A stretch of 64,000 nt of DNA from a candidate division WOR-3 bacterium (lineage in GTDB: Bacteria > Hydrothermota > 32-111), in NCBI GenBank assembly GCA_037481815.1, contig JBBFKX010000001.1, positions 576,001-640,000 on the forward strand, given 5' to 3'. The notes beneath the pieces were generated by a model that had not been told where the DNA came from, did not search any database, and saw only the letters and a list, made by a program, of their open reading frames with translations. Made by a program: the position numbers and the translations under genes. Positions 30,818-42,440 of this stretch are shown here, piece by piece. Each line of letters starts with the position of its first letter. Within the stretch, counting starts at the first letter, position 1.

Positions 30818-31556
30818 CTAATTCAAACTTCTCCCTTTCGGTTAAAGAGTTATAACCTGATTCGGATATTTTATCCAGAAGTTCGTTCAACCTTTCCCTT
30901 CTTCTATCATTTTCCATCTCTTCAAAATTTTTATATATTCTGTTTCTTTTTAAACCAGACATGTTGCTTAAAATAAATCTTTCAAGTTTAAGATAAACAA
31001 GACCTGTCAGAAGACCTCCAAGATGAGCGAAATGTGCTATACCTGATGATGTTCCACTCAATCCAAACAGAAGTTCCATCACTCCGAAAATTATAACAGC
31101 ATACTTTGCTTTAACAGGGATAAAAAAATTTATATAAAGTATAGATTCAGGAAAAGTCAAACCATAAGCGAGCAAAATCCCATAAATGGCTCCAGAAGCA
31201 CCGATTGAAGGTATAGGGGAACTTGGGTTAATGATATAATGTAAAAGCCCTCCTCCAAGACCAGAAACGATATAATAGGAAATGAATTTTTTACTTCCCC
31301 AGATGGATTCAAGGTTTACACCAAAAATAAACAGAGCGAACATGTTAAAAAACAGATGAAAAAAATTTCCATGTAAAAACATATGTGTAAAAAATTGCCA
31401 GAAGAAAAACTTCTTTGTGACAAAAATTGGAATTAAAGAAAAATAGTATATAAAAAAGTCAGGGAAAATTTGCTGTGCAATAAAAACAAGTAGATTTATA
31501 AAAATTAAAGTCGGGACTATTCTTCTTGACTCATATCGATATGGATCATAATACAT
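30783..31556 (-). CDS. Rhomboid intramembrane serine protease
   Basis: WQFFTHMFLH, HLFFNM, GASG, AHFAHLGG; C-terminal LLDKISESGYNSLT. Confidence 0.95.
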   Translation of the reverse strand: MYYDPYRYESRRIVPTLIFINLLVFIAQQIFPDFFIYYFSLIPIFVTKKFFFWQFFTHMFLHGNFFHLFFNMFALFIFGVNLESIWGSKKFISYYIVSGLGGGLLHYIINPSSPIPSIGASGAIYGILLAYGLTFPESILYINFFIPVKAKYAVIIFGVMELLFGLSGTSSGIAHFAHLGGLLTGLVYLKLERFILSNMSGLKRNRIYKNFEEMENDRRRERLNELLDKISESGYNSLTEREKFELDDLSRWFRDKE

Positions 31557-32028
31557 TTTCAAACTTCTCCTTCAATTTAGATTCGACATACGGTGGGACC
31601 ATATCCTTTATATCAGCTTTCAACTTTGCAAGTTCTTTAACCATACTGCTTGAAAGATACATATATTTTATATCGGTCATAAAAAATATTGTCTCAAAAT
31701 CCTTATTTAACTCTCTGTTTGTCAAAGCCATCTGGAACTCATATTCAAAATCTGAAACCGCTCTCAATCCTCTTATCACTCCATCCACATTATTTTTTTT
31801 GATATAATCCACAAGCAATCCTGAATAAGAGTCGACATCAACGTTTTTGTACTCTTTAACAACCTCTTTTATGATTCCCAACCTTTCTTCTACCGTAAAA
31901 AGAGTTTTTTTCCAGGGATGAAAAGAAACGAGTATGGTTACCCTTCCAAAAAGTTTAATGCCTCTATTCAAAACATCTATATGTCCGTTGGTTATTGGAT
32001 CAAATGTCCCAGGATAAATGATTTTCAT
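31546..32028 (-). CDS. coaD: Phosphopantetheine adenylyltransferase
   Basis: YPGTFDPITNGH, RGLRAVSDFEYE, SSSMVKE. Confidence 0.98.
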   Translation of the reverse strand: MKIIYPGTFDPITNGHIDVLNRGIKLFGRVTILVSFHPWKKTLFTVEERLGIIKEVVKEYKNVDVDSYSGLLVDYIKKNNVDGVIRGLRAVSDFEYEFQMALTNRELNKDFETIFFMTDIKYMYLSSSMVKELAKLKADIKDMVPPYVESKLKEKFENVL

Positions 32029-32031
32029 GTT

Positions 32032-32582
<551 letters not shown>

Positions 32583-32583
<1 letters not shown>

Positions 32584-34151
32584 CAATTTTTATTCAGTTT
32601 AATGAACATATCTTTTATATCTTTTGAACCTTCAAACAATTCTAACGATTTTTTCACAAGGAAATCGTTCTGTAAATACACCTTATAGAAAAGTGTTTCA
32701 CCTCCAATCTCTCTTGCAAACTCGTACAACAGTTGGTCTTTTACATTTTTTAAAATCGTAGAATCATTTTTTATTTCACTAACATTTATATTTTTTTGTG
32801 ATAGAAAAGCAAGATATTCTTCAAAAACCTTATCGTTAAAATTTAATACGAACTTTTGATCAACTTTTCTCTGTGATAAATATTTCGAAACGAATTCCAT
32901 CAATACCTGTTTAGTTAAAATATCTATTTCGACTTTCGATAATATCCTTTCCTGATAAACATAATCAGGTATTATCCCTCCTGATCCTGGTACCACCCTT
33001 TTCAATTCACCAAGAGTGTAATACTTGTTTGTATCCGCTTTCGATTTTTCATATTTGATCAATTCTCTGTCTATCGATCTCCCTGATGGAGTGAAATATC
33101 TTGCGGTCGTAAATTTTAAAATCCCTTTATCATTCTTATCATTTTTTGAAAAATCTATAACGGATTGAACAGAACCCTTTCCATATGTTGTATCTCCCAG
33201 AATTAAAGCCCTATCCCAATCCTGTAAAGCACCAGCAACTATTTCAGATGCACTAGCTGAACCATCATCCACAAGAACTATCAAAGGGAAAAAACCTCTG
33301 TAAATAGGTTGTGTTGCTTTAAAAACATAATCCATCGCAGAATTTTTTGATCTGGTCGAAACTATATCTGCACCTTTTGGTAAAAATATATCAGATATCG
33401 ATATCGCACTGTTGAGGAGTCCCCCGGGGTTCTGTCTGAGATCTATGATAAGTTTTTTTGCACCTTTTTTTTCGAACAACTCTTTAACACAGGAGAAAAA
33501 TTCACTTTCAACATTTTCAGTAAACTGTGTAAGTTTAATATATCCAACAGAATCTGATATCATCCCGTAATATGGTATCGATTTTATAACTATTATCTCT
33601 CTTGTTATATCAAAATCGATTATAGTTCCATACCTGTTAACTTTTAATTTTACTTTTGTTCCCGGTTGACCTCTCATCAAAGAAACAGCCATATCAACAT
33701 CCATCCCCTCTGTGGATATTGTGTCTATCATCATGATGATATCTCCCGCTTTAATTCCTGCTCTTGAAGCCGGGGTATTCTCTATTGGAGATATAACGGT
33801 TATGTATCCATCTTTAACTCCAACTCTGAAACCTATACCCCCAAAGGTTCCTGTTGTTTGGGTATAAAAATTCTGAAGGTCTTTATCTTTATAAATATAA
33901 ACTGAGTGAGGATCAAGAGTTTTTAACATACCATTTATCGCTTCATCAAGAAGTTCAGAATCTGAAACCTCTCTATAATATGAATCCTTTAGAAGTTGAA
34001 GAATTTGAACAAATTTTCTCATCTCAGGGTTGAAAAAGATATTCAAAGATGTCGTATTTTTATTATCCTGTCCATATGCAACAACGAACCATCCGATAAC
34101 GGAAACCGTCATGGATATCATGAGTAAGACAACAATAATATTTTTTTTCAT
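32583..34151 (-). CDS. S41 carboxyl-terminal processing protease (CtpA-like)
   Basis: LDPHS, PDZ GGIG, DLRQNPGG, SASASE, GKGSVQ. Confidence 0.95.
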
Positions 34152-34160
34152 CAAAAACTC

Positions 34161-34778
34161 CTAAATAAAATTTAAAACTATATTCACAATCTCTTTGTGA
34201 ATCTGTTCAATAGGTTGTGAACCATCTATTATTTTGAACCTTTCTTTATTTTCTCTCGCTAATGACAGAAAGGCACCCCTTACTCGTTTATGAAACTCTA
34301 TATCCTGACTTTCCATTCTATCTATCCCTTTTCTTCCCTTGATCCTTTCGATGCCTTTTTCAACATCAATATCTATTAGAAAAGTAACATGAGGTATCAA
34401 ACCACCAGTTGCGAAATTGTTAATCTCTATAACCTTCTGTTTTGGAATATTTCTTCCCTCTCCTTGATAAGCAAGAGTTGAATCAAAGTATCTATCACAG
34501 ATAACAACTTTTCCACTTTTCAATGAAGGTATTATTTTTTCAAAAGTATGCTGTGATCTGCTTGCAAGATAAAGAAAAAGTTCTGTCAGATAAACCATTT
34601 CACTATTCTCTTTATCAAGCAGAATCTCTCTTATCTTTTCAGATATAGGCGTCCCGCCCGGTTCATAGGTCAGGACGCATTCTATATTTTTTTTTATAAA
34701 GAACTCATAAAGTAGTTTCGCCTGAGTTGTTTTTCCACAACCTTCGATGCCTTCAAAGGTGATAAAAAGTCCTTCCAT
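34161..34778 (-). CDS. tmk: Thymidylate kinase
   Basis: FITFEGIEGCGKTT, EPGGT, CDRY, AYQG. Confidence 0.97.
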   Translation of the reverse strand: MEGLFITFEGIEGCGKTTQAKLLYEFFIKKNIECVLTYEPGGTPISEKIREILLDKENSEMVYLTELFLYLASRSQHTFEKIIPSLKSGKVVICDRYFDSTLAYQGEGRNIPKQKVIEINNFATGGLIPHVTFLIDIDVEKGIERIKGRKGIDRMESQDIEFHKRVRGAFLSLARENKERFKIIDGSQPIEQIHKEIVNIVLNFI

Positions 34779-34779
34779 A

Positions 34780-35871
34780 CTATTTCTGAGAATATTTAGA
34801 GATATACTCTTCTGTCTTCTTTCTACATATCGAATCCGGGAATTGAACTGGCGGAGATTTCATGAAGTATGAGGAAGGTTCAATTTGAGGGCCAGAAAGT
34901 TTGTTATCAAGAGCAAGTTTCAAACATCTAATAGCATCAATTATAACTCCTGCAGAGTTTGGAGAATCCCATACTTCAAGTTTCAATTCAAGATTCAGTG
35001 GGACCTCTCCAAAAGTCGTTCCCTCCATTCTCAAGAAACACCACTTTCTATCTTTCAGCCATGCAACATAATCTGATGGTCCGATATGAATGTTTTCTTC
35101 ATCTATTTTATATGGAAGAATAGATGTTACCGCTTGTGTCTTTGAAATCTTTTTACTCTCAAGTCGTTCTCTTTCAAGCATGTTCAGAAAATCGGTATTT
35201 CCACCTATGTTCAACTGATAGGTTCTATCAAGACGAACTCCTCTATCAACAAAGAGGGACGTTAAAACCCTGTGTGTAATCGTTGCACCGACCTGTGATT
35301 TTATATCATCACCGATTATCGGCAGATTTGCATCTTTGAACCTTTTTGCCCAGTAATCAGATGATGCGATGAAAACTGGAATCGCATTTATAAAACCAAC
35401 TTTTGCCTGGAGTGCCTGTTCGACATACCATTTTGTTGCCTCTTCACTACCAACAGGAAGGTAGTTTATAACCATATCGGTTTTTGTATCCTTTAAGAGT
35501 TGAACAATATCCGCTGTCTTTCCAGGTGCTTTTTCTATTATATCAGCCAGATATTTCCCGATACCATCGTGTGTCATTCCCCTTTCAACTTTTACTCCCA
35601 GTTTTGGTACATCAGTAAATTTGAAAGTGTTGTTGGGATAAGCAAAAATCGCTTCAGAAAGATCTTTTCCAACTTTTGTTTTGTTGATATCGATAGCACA
35701 CGAAAATTCGATATCAGAGATATGGTATCCACCAAGATTAACATGCATCAATCCAGGGATCATATCGTTTTCTCTCGCATTCTTATAAAATTCAACACCC
35801 TGAACAAGAGATGAAGCACAATTTCCTACACCTATGATCCCAACCCTTATCTTTTTACTTTTCTTTGCCAT
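34780..35871 (-). CDS. ino1: myo-inositol-1-phosphate synthase
   Basis: [47 protein letters not shown]. Confidence 0.96.
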   Translation of the reverse strand: MAKKSKKIRVGIIGVGNCASSLVQGVEFYKNARENDMIPGLMHVNLGGYHISDIEFSCAIDINKTKVGKDLSEAIFAYPNNTFKFTDVPKLGVKVERGMTHDGIGKYLADIIEKAPGKTADIVQLLKDTKTDMVINYLPVGSEEATKWYVEQALQAKVGFINAIPVFIASSDYWAKRFKDANLPIIGDDIKSQVGATITHRVLTSLFVDRGVRLDRTYQLNIGGNTDFLNMLERERLESKKISKTQAVTSILPYKIDEENIHIGPSDYVAWLKDRKWCFLRMEGTTFGEVPLNLELKLEVWDSPNSAGVIIDAIRCLKLALDNKLSGPQIEPSSYFMKSPPVQFPDSICRKKTEEYISKYSQK

Positions 35872-36469
35872 TTTTTATAACCTCCTTCTTTTTTATTCCA
35901 TTTTTAACGATAAAAATTCTTTGAATAACAGTTATAAAAGTAAGGAATGTAAATAATGATATCATAAATTTATAAATATTCAATGGTAAAAAAGATATAA
36001 GTATCAAAAATACCATCCTCTCAACCCTTCCCATCAAACCTTCTTTACATTCGATTCCCAATCCTTCTGATCTTGCTCTCGTATAACTGACCATAATCGA
36101 TGAAAACATTCCAAAGATTGTCACAAGAGCATATATTTCCATTCGACTTTTAAAGAAAAAAAGTGCAATACCTGTTAAAACAAAAAACTCGTTAAACCTG
36201 TCAAGCGTTGAATCGAGAAACGCTCCAAAACTGCTCACCATATTCCTTTTTCTTGCAACCATTCCATCAAAAGTATCGTAAAGTGAACCAAACGCAAGGA
36301 TCAGTCCACCGTATATAAAAGAACCCTTTGCATATAAAAAACCTGCTAAAAATGAGATCAAACTACCAGTAATCGTTAAAACATTCGGATGTATTTTTAG
36401 TAAAATGAAAATATTTACCAGAGGATCAAAAAATGATCTAAAAAGATTTTTTACTCTATCATTTATCAT
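35855..36469 (-). CDS. CDP-alcohol phosphatidyltransferase, phosphatidylinositol-phosphate-synthase-like
   Basis: DTFDGMVAR...[27 protein letters not shown]; overlaps ino1. Confidence 0.85.
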   Translation of the reverse strand: MINDRVKNLFRSFFDPLVNIFILLKIHPNVLTITGSLISFLAGFLYAKGSFIYGGLILAFGSLYDTFDGMVARKRNMVSSFGAFLDSTLDRFNEFFVLTGIALFFFKSRMEIYALVTIFGMFSSIMVSYTRARSEGLGIECKEGLMGRVERMVFLILISFLPLNIYKFMISLFTFLTFITVIQRIFIVKNGIKKKEVIKNGKEK

Positions 36470-37136
36470 CTTTATTACCCTCTATCAACAAAACTATTTC
36501 ACCTTTTCTAACCCACTCTTTCTTTAAAACATTTTCAGCAGTTCCTCTTATGAACTCTTCAAAAGTTTTTGTTAACTCTCTTGCTATAACTATATTTCTT
36601 TCAGGATCGATATCTGAAATATTCTTTAAGGTTTCATCAATTCTATAAGGAGATTCGTAAAATATCGATGTTTCACTTCTTGATAACGCTTCTTTTAATT
36701 TTTTTTCCTTTTTTCCTTTCTTCTTTGGGAGAAAACCATAAAAGGTAAAAGAATCTGTTGGAAGTCCAGAAGCGACAAGAGCCGTTATAAAAGCAGAAGG
36801 ACCTGGCAAGGGAACGATTCGTATATTCTCTTTTATAGCTTCTCTCACAAGATAAAAACCAGGATCGGAAACAAGTGGCATTCCAGAATCACTCAAAAGG
36901 CCACATACTTCGCCCTGGTTAATCTTATTTATAATAATTGGTGTCTTTTTAGTTTGATTGTGTTCTGTAAAAGAGATGTATTCTTTTTTTTCTATACCAA
37001 GTTTTTTAACGAATGCTCCAACAACTCTTGTATCCTCACAAACTATAAAATCACACTCCTCTATCGTCTTTTTAACTCTTAAAGAAACATCTTCAATATT
37101 TCCTATATCCTTTGGAATAATGTAAAGTTTATTCAT
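36459..37136 (-). CDS. rsmI: 16S rRNA Cm1402 methyltransferase
   Basis: IGNIED, CEDTR, SDSGMPLVSDPG, YESPYR, RELTKTFEE. Confidence 0.95.
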   Translation of the reverse strand: MNKLYIIPKDIGNIEDVSLRVKKTIEECDFIVCEDTRVVGAFVKKLGIEKKEYISFTEHNQTKKTPIIINKINQGEVCGLLSDSGMPLVSDPGFYLVREAIKENIRIVPLPGPSAFITALVASGLPTDSFTFYGFLPKKKGKKEKKLKEALSRSETSIFYESPYRIDETLKNISDIDPERNIVIARELTKTFEEFIRGTAENVLKKEWVRKGEIVLLIEGNKDDK

Positions 37137-38097
37137 CTTTAAACATCGTATAGTTAAAAAATCCAAGAGATTTTAAAGCGAATCTAAAATCCTTTAAAGA
37201 TTTTCTAAAAATTTCCTCTTTGATTTTATCGTTACATATAACATCATAGGTTTTCATAAACCTGTTCACGAATTCAGCCATAGCTTTAACAAACTCATCT
37301 TTTGAGGCAAGAACATCTCCAGAAAGTTCTATTCCTGATATGGTTATATCTTTCATAAATTTGAAATCCTCATCGATATGTGATTTTGCTATGAGAGCGC
37401 CTTTCTTTGCAAATGTTGGTCCATATGAAACCGCAAACTCCTTTATTATGTTGTTAACACTTTTTAAAAGTAATTGTATCGTCGGAGGTGTTGCCTGCTC
37501 TATCTTTTCGGGGAGTTTATCGAATAGAGAAAATTTTACATTCGTTCCATCCTTTGATGTTGATTTTAAAATCTGTAGTAACAACGATGGAGTTATCGTA
37601 ACATTGAGTTTGTCACCAAAATATCCTCTTGTTGGTAAACCGTTTTCAAAAATCGAATAGAAGAACTCGTTTCCTTTTTTGATCTCAAGAAAACCTGAGA
37701 ATTTTTCTATACCGAGTTGGCCGATCATCTTTTCAACAGAAATTTCTGTATGATCTTTATCCTTTAAAATTGGAGACAGAGTGAAAGTGGAAACCATTAG
37801 TAAAACAAGTTCTTCCGGGACTTCATATATGTTTATTATTCCCACATTCGCTTCTTTTACCCTTTTCACAACCTCGCTTATCGATATAAGTTTTCTTGAA
37901 TTCTGTGAAAACCTTGCAGCATTTATCGGTTCACCCATAGATAAAAATATCAGGTCAACATCTGAAGGGTATATCAAAGAAACGTAACCATGAATCCTGT
38001 GTGACCTTTCCCTTTTTCCTGCATGAAGGATATTATCAAAATTTATAAATTCGATATTTGTATTTTCAAGAAGAGCCCTACCTCTTGGAAACCTCAT
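37129..38097 (-). CDS. Hypothetical protein with two internal DUF4388/PATAN-like repeats
   Basis: RIHGYVSL...LIFLSMGEP and KFSGFLEI...SIFENGLP resemble each other; start overlaps the glyS stop. Domain call is from memory. Confidence 0.5.
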   Translation of the reverse strand: MRFPRGRALLENTNIEFINFDNILHAGKRERSHRIHGYVSLIYPSDVDLIFLSMGEPINAARFSQNSRKLISISEVVKRVKEANVGIINIYEVPEELVLLMVSTFTLSPILKDKDHTEISVEKMIGQLGIEKFSGFLEIKKGNEFFYSIFENGLPTRGYFGDKLNVTITPSLLLQILKSTSKDGTNVKFSLFDKLPEKIEQATPPTIQLLLKSVNNIIKEFAVSYGPTFAKKGALIAKSHIDEDFKFMKDITISGIELSGDVLASKDEFVKAMAEFVNRFMKTYDVICNDKIKEEIFRKSLKDFRFALKSLGFFNYTMFKDE

Positions 38098-40175
38098 ACC
38101 TCATCCTTTTTCTGTTCAACCTGTTCAAAAACGATATATGAAAGATCAGAGAATTCAAGAAATATTTCCCTGATGAAAAAAAGGAGTGATAATCTTCTTT
38201 TTCTCTTTTTTTCATCACTATCGTTAACGAGAACATTATCAAAAAATTTATCTATCGGATCCCTTAAAGATAAAAGATTATTCAAAATGGCATCATAATC
38301 CTTTTTCTCAAAAAGTATCCTGTTTTTTTCCAGAACGGTTTTCCCATCTTCATAAAGTTTCTTTTCATAATCGTTATCAAAATCGAAATCTGTGATTTGA
38401 ATTTTTTCAAGACCTTTTAAAATATTTGTCACCCTTTTTTGACCTTCAACCATGATCCTGAAATTTTCATCGTTTTTCAAAGATATAACTTTTTCGCTTC
38501 TTATTTTTATATCAAACGGATCTATATTTTCATTCTGTAAAAATGATCTTGAAATATCATAATCGATGTTGTAACAATCTTTAAAGAAGATCTCTATTCT
38601 TTTTTTAATATAGGATATGATCTCATCGAAAAATTGTTCACCTTTAAGAAGGGAAGTCGACAGTTTAAAAAGTTTATACAAAGATATCGAGATATTATCT
38701 GTGATCAAAAATGAGATCAAAGAGAGTGTGTCCCTTCTCACATACATTATATCTTTACTTCCTGTGGGTTTATTGCCTGAAACGAAGGCAGATGTTATGT
38801 TATCAACTTTATCTGCTATGGAAAAAATTTTACCAAGTTTTGTTGTTGGATTTTTATCAAGAGATGTAACAGGCATATAATGCTCATAGGAAACTTTTGC
38901 GATATCATCATCAAAATTTTTCAACCTTGCATAATGGTAACCTATTATACCCTGTAATTTTGTGAATTCTTTCCCATCCTTTATCATATCCGTCGTTATA
39001 TCAAACTTGCTTATTATTCCAACCTGTTTTAAATCCATATTCTTAAGATCATCAAAACCAAGTATGTCTATAAGATATTTTGAAATTTCAACATCTCTTT
39101 CAACTTTATCATAAAAAGATCCAAGCCCTTCGCAAAAAAGCGTTTCTTTCAGTCGTTTTTCATAATCTTTCATACTCCTTGAAACATCGTTTTCAAAGTA
39201 AAATTGAGCATCCTCGAGTCTTGACCTTATTATTCTCTGGTTGTTGTTAACAATATCATCAGTTTGAGCAAAAGGTGAGTTCGAAATGAATACAAAATAG
39301 TTTGATAAGTTACCATCTTTTGTTTGTAGTGTAAAATATCTCTGATGTTGTTTTAACGCAGCTATTATAATCTCTTTCGGGAGTTTCAAAAAATCTTTTT
39401 CAAACTCTCCCCTGAATACTACAGGATACTCAACAAGGTAGCAAACCTCATCAAGAAGTTCTTCATCGTGAGTTAAAACCATTCCATCATCTCTTATAAT
39501 ATCTTTTATTCCTTCAAGTATCATCTCCCTTCTCTTTTCATAAGATGGTTCAACATAGTTTTCTCTCACTTTTTCAAGCCAATCATCACCGTTGAAAACT
39601 GGAATTTTAAGATTTCCTGTATTCCTGTTACCAAAGGTGAAGTTGCTACTTTTCAGATTTCCAATCTTTATTTCAAGTTGTTGGTTGTTGAAAAATGAAG
39701 TCACCCATCTGATCGGTCTTGGGAAGGTTATTTTTGAATCATCCCATCTCATCCTTTTTTCAAATTCTAAAGAATCGATTATATTAAAAATGTTTTCAGA
39801 AAAAATTTTCCAGACCTCAACTCCTTCCTCTTCCTTTTTATACCATACATATCCATCCTTTATCTGGATATCATCCTCTTTGATGTTTCTCGAATTTAAA
39901 AAACCTTTTCCAAGTTCAGTTATCTGACCTTCTTTGTAGAACAATCTTTCCTGAGGGCCTTTCAAAAGTTTAACACTTTTTTCAGTTTTTTCAGGTACAT
40001 TCTCAATAAAAAATGCCAGCCTTCTTGGAGTGAGATATATTTTCAGTTCAAAATCTTTTATGCCTTTTGAAATCAAAAACTCTTTTAACCTTATCGGGAA
40101 ATCATTTTCAATTTTTTTCAAAGCTGAAAATGGTAACTCTTCAAAACCTATCTCAAAAAATATTTTATTTTTCAT
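38094..40175 (-). CDS. glyS: Glycine-tRNA ligase beta subunit
   Basis: [36 protein letters not shown]. Confidence 0.96.
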   Translation of the reverse strand: MKNKIFFEIGFEELPFSALKKIENDFPIRLKEFLISKGIKDFELKIYLTPRRLAFFIENVPEKTEKSVKLLKGPQERLFYKEGQITELGKGFLNSRNIKEDDIQIKDGYVWYKKEEEGVEVWKIFSENIFNIIDSLEFEKRMRWDDSKITFPRPIRWVTSFFNNQQLEIKIGNLKSSNFTFGNRNTGNLKIPVFNGDDWLEKVRENYVEPSYEKRREMILEGIKDIIRDDGMVLTHDEELLDEVCYLVEYPVVFRGEFEKDFLKLPKEIIIAALKQHQRYFTLQTKDGNLSNYFVFISNSPFAQTDDIVNNNQRIIRSRLEDAQFYFENDVSRSMKDYEKRLKETLFCEGLGSFYDKVERDVEISKYLIDILGFDDLKNMDLKQVGIISKFDITTDMIKDGKEFTKLQGIIGYHYARLKNFDDDIAKVSYEHYMPVTSLDKNPTTKLGKIFSIADKVDNITSAFVSGNKPTGSKDIMYVRRDTLSLISFLITDNISISLYKLFKLSTSLLKGEQFFDEIISYIKKRIEIFFKDCYNIDYDISRSFLQNENIDPFDIKIRSEKVISLKNDENFRIMVEGQKRVTNILKGLEKIQITDFDFDNDYEKKLYEDGKTVLEKNRILFEKKDYDAILNNLLSLRDPIDKFFDNVLVNDSDEKKRKRRLSLLFFIREIFLEFSDLSYIVFEQVEQKKDEV

Positions 40176-41019
40176 GATTTTCTCTTCTCTCAACATACTT
40201 TTTGGCAACCTTTTTAGCGAGATTTCTTATTCTCATAATATAGTTTGCTCTTTCTTTTTGTGAGATCACACCTCTTGCATCAAGGAGATTGAAAAAATGT
40301 GAACATTTTATAACATAGTCGTAAGCTGGATATATAAGATTTTCTTCGAGTAATCGATCAACTTCTTTTTCAGATCTCAAAAATTGATCCATTATGAAAT
40401 CTGGATCAGATTTTTTGAAATTGAAAATACAGAACTCTTTTTCCTGTTCAAGCATAACATCTTTCCAGGTTAACTCATCATTCCATTTCATATCAAGAAT
40501 CGAATTTTTTTTCTGCACAAACATCGAAATCCTTTCTAGTCCATATGTTATTTCAACAGGTATAACTTTTAACTGCAAAGATCCAACTTGCTGGAAATAT
40601 GTGAACTGTGTTATTTCCATACCATCCAGCCACACTTCCCATCCAAGTCCTTTGGCACCAAGAGTTGGAGATTCCCAGTCATCCTCTACAAACCTAATAT
40701 CATGTTTTTTAAGTTCGATTCCTATATATTCAAGACTTTTAACATAGATATCTATAACATCTGACGGTGCAGGTTGTAAAATCACCTGATACTGGTAAAA
40801 CTGTTGAAATCTGTTCGGGTTTTCACCATACCTGCCATCTTTTGGTCTTTTGGAGATTTCAAGATATGCAACATTCCACTTACCATTATCAAGGACTTTT
40901 AAAAATGTCGCTGGATTAAAAGTTCCAGCCCCAACCTCACTGTTGTAAGGTTGGTATATCAAAGCTCCATTTGATGCCCAATACTGGGACAATTTTAAAA
41001 AAATGTCCTGAAAATTCAT
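40165..41019 (-). CDS. glyQ: Glycine-tRNA ligase alpha subunit
   Basis: [44 protein letters not shown]. Confidence 0.98.
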   Translation of the reverse strand: MNFQDIFLKLSQYWASNGALIYQPYNSEVGAGTFNPATFLKVLDNGKWNVAYLEISKRPKDGRYGENPNRFQQFYQYQVILQPAPSDVIDIYVKSLEYIGIELKKHDIRFVEDDWESPTLGAKGLGWEVWLDGMEITQFTYFQQVGSLQLKVIPVEITYGLERISMFVQKKNSILDMKWNDELTWKDVMLEQEKEFCIFNFKKSDPDFIMDQFLRSEKEVDRLLEENLIYPAYDYVIKCSHFFNLLDARGVISQKERANYIMRIRNLAKKVAKKYVERRENHEK

Positions 41020-41038
41020 CTTTTCTCCTTCTTCAATA

Positions 41039-41114
41039 TCGGAGCGACTGGATTTGAACCAGCGACCCCCAGCCCCCCATGCTGGTGCGCTAAACCGGGC
41101 TGCGCTACGCTCCG
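41039..41114 (-). tRNA. tRNA-Pro (GGG), CCA not encoded
   Basis: Reverse complement CGGAGCGTAGCGCAGCCCGGTTTAGCGCACCAGCAT-GGG-GGGCTGGGGGTCGCTGGTTCAAATCCAGTCGCTCCGA folds as a cloverleaf. Confidence 0.96.
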
Positions 41115-41131
41115 ATATTTTTAAAAGTATT

Positions 41132-41211
41132 ATTATATAATATAATTTCTAAAATTCAATATATTTAAAGCAACAAAATTCACTTGAAAAGTAACTTAAA
41201 GGAAATATAAT
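41132..41211. promoter_or_regulatory. Putative back-to-back promoters (tRNA/glyQS on minus; phosphatase on plus)
   Basis: Minus: TTGAAT 41159-41154, 16 nt, TATAAT 41137-41132. Plus: TTGAAA 41184-41189, 16 nt, TATAAT 41206-41211. Confidence 0.45.
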
Positions 41212-41237
41212 CTATCATAATTAACAGGAGATAGAAG

Positions 41238-42437
41238 ATGAAATCAAAACTATTTTCAACTTTTTTGTTTTTAGTTATCATTTTTAATTTTCTTTTTCCA
41301 GAAAATCTTGTTGTTATCATAACCGATGGAATGAATTTTGATTGTTTATCCATCATAAGGAAAATTTCTAAAGACCCTTTAAAAGAGATCTCTTTTGACA
41401 GATTCTCTCAGATCTTTTACTGTGAAACAACTGCCGATAAAACATATATCACCGACTCAGCAGCTGCTGGCACTGCGATATTCACAGGAACAAAAACTGA
41501 AAATGGAATCGTAGGGTTAAACAGCAACAAAGTTGAAGTAGAAAACATTGTCGAATTCTGCCAAAAAAACTCGATTCTGACAGGAATCATAACTAATACA
41601 AGAGTTACACACGCAACACCAGCATCCACTTTTGCTCACCTGGACAACAGAAACAAAGAGTATGAAATAGCATACCAGTTGAGCAAAAAAAATATAGATC
41701 TGATAATGGGAGGAGGGATAAAATATTTTGAAAAGAAAAATAGATTTGATAAAATCGACCTTTTAAAAGAATTTCAAAAGAAAGGATATCTTGTGATAAA
41801 GGATAAATCTGGTTTAAAAAAAGTTACAGAGAAAAAGGTTTTTGCTCTTTTCTCAGATTCACACCTTGATTATGAACTCCAAAAGGACACAACAAAACAA
41901 CCGACATTGACCGAAATGGTTGAATATGGATTGAAATATCTTGATGAAAAGGCAGAAAAAGAGAAAAAAGATTTTTTTCTGATGATTGAATCGGGAAGAA
42001 TCGATCATGCTTCCCATTACACACTTTTCAGTGAACTCTATTTTGAACTTCTTGAAACTGAAAAGATGGTAAAAACAGTTTTAGATTTCGCTTCGAAAAC
42101 AAATACAACAGTGATACTTGTATCGGATCATTCAACAGCAAATCCTGTGTTTATTGGAACGTTTACAGATTCTACACTCCATACGATGGATTCATATTTT
42201 GTTAAAAATTTTGATAATTCAACGAGAGAGAATACAGTAAAATCACTCGATAGTTTTAAAGTAAAATTTACAGATATCTCTGAATTTTCTGGAGAAAAAG
42301 AGGAAAGCTCATACAGAGGTGATCATACAGGTAGCGATGTTCTCGGATTTTTCTATTCCAGAAATTTCAAACTTGAAAAAATATTTTATCGAAACGATCA
42401 GATCTTTGATCTGATGAAAAAAATTTTAAAGGATTAA
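41238..42437 (+). CDS. Alkaline phosphatase (PhoA family), exported
   Basis: Signal peptide; DGM, TDSAAAGTA, THATPA, ESGRIDHASH, SDH, HTG. Confidence 0.93.
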   Translation: MKSKLFSTFLFLVIIFNFLFPENLVVIITDGMNFDCLSIIRKISKDPLKEISFDRFSQIFYCETTADKTYITDSAAAGTAIFTGTKTENGIVGLNSNKVEVENIVEFCQKNSILTGIITNTRVTHATPASTFAHLDNRNKEYEIAYQLSKKNIDLIMGGGIKYFEKKNRFDKIDLLKEFQKKGYLVIKDKSGLKKVTEKKVFALFSDSHLDYELQKDTTKQPTLTEMVEYGLKYLDEKAEKEKKDFFLMIESGRIDHASHYTLFSELYFELLETEKMVKTVLDFASKTNTTVILVSDHSTANPVFIGTFTDSTLHTMDSYFVKNFDNSTRENTVKSLDSFKVKFTDISEFSGEKEESSYRGDHTGSDVLGFFYSRNFKLEKIFYRNDQIFDLMKKILKD

Positions 42438-42440
42438 AAA

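Noticed and set aside
41020..41038. T-box leader for glyQS
   Set aside because: No room: the tRNA ends 19 nt upstream of the start codon
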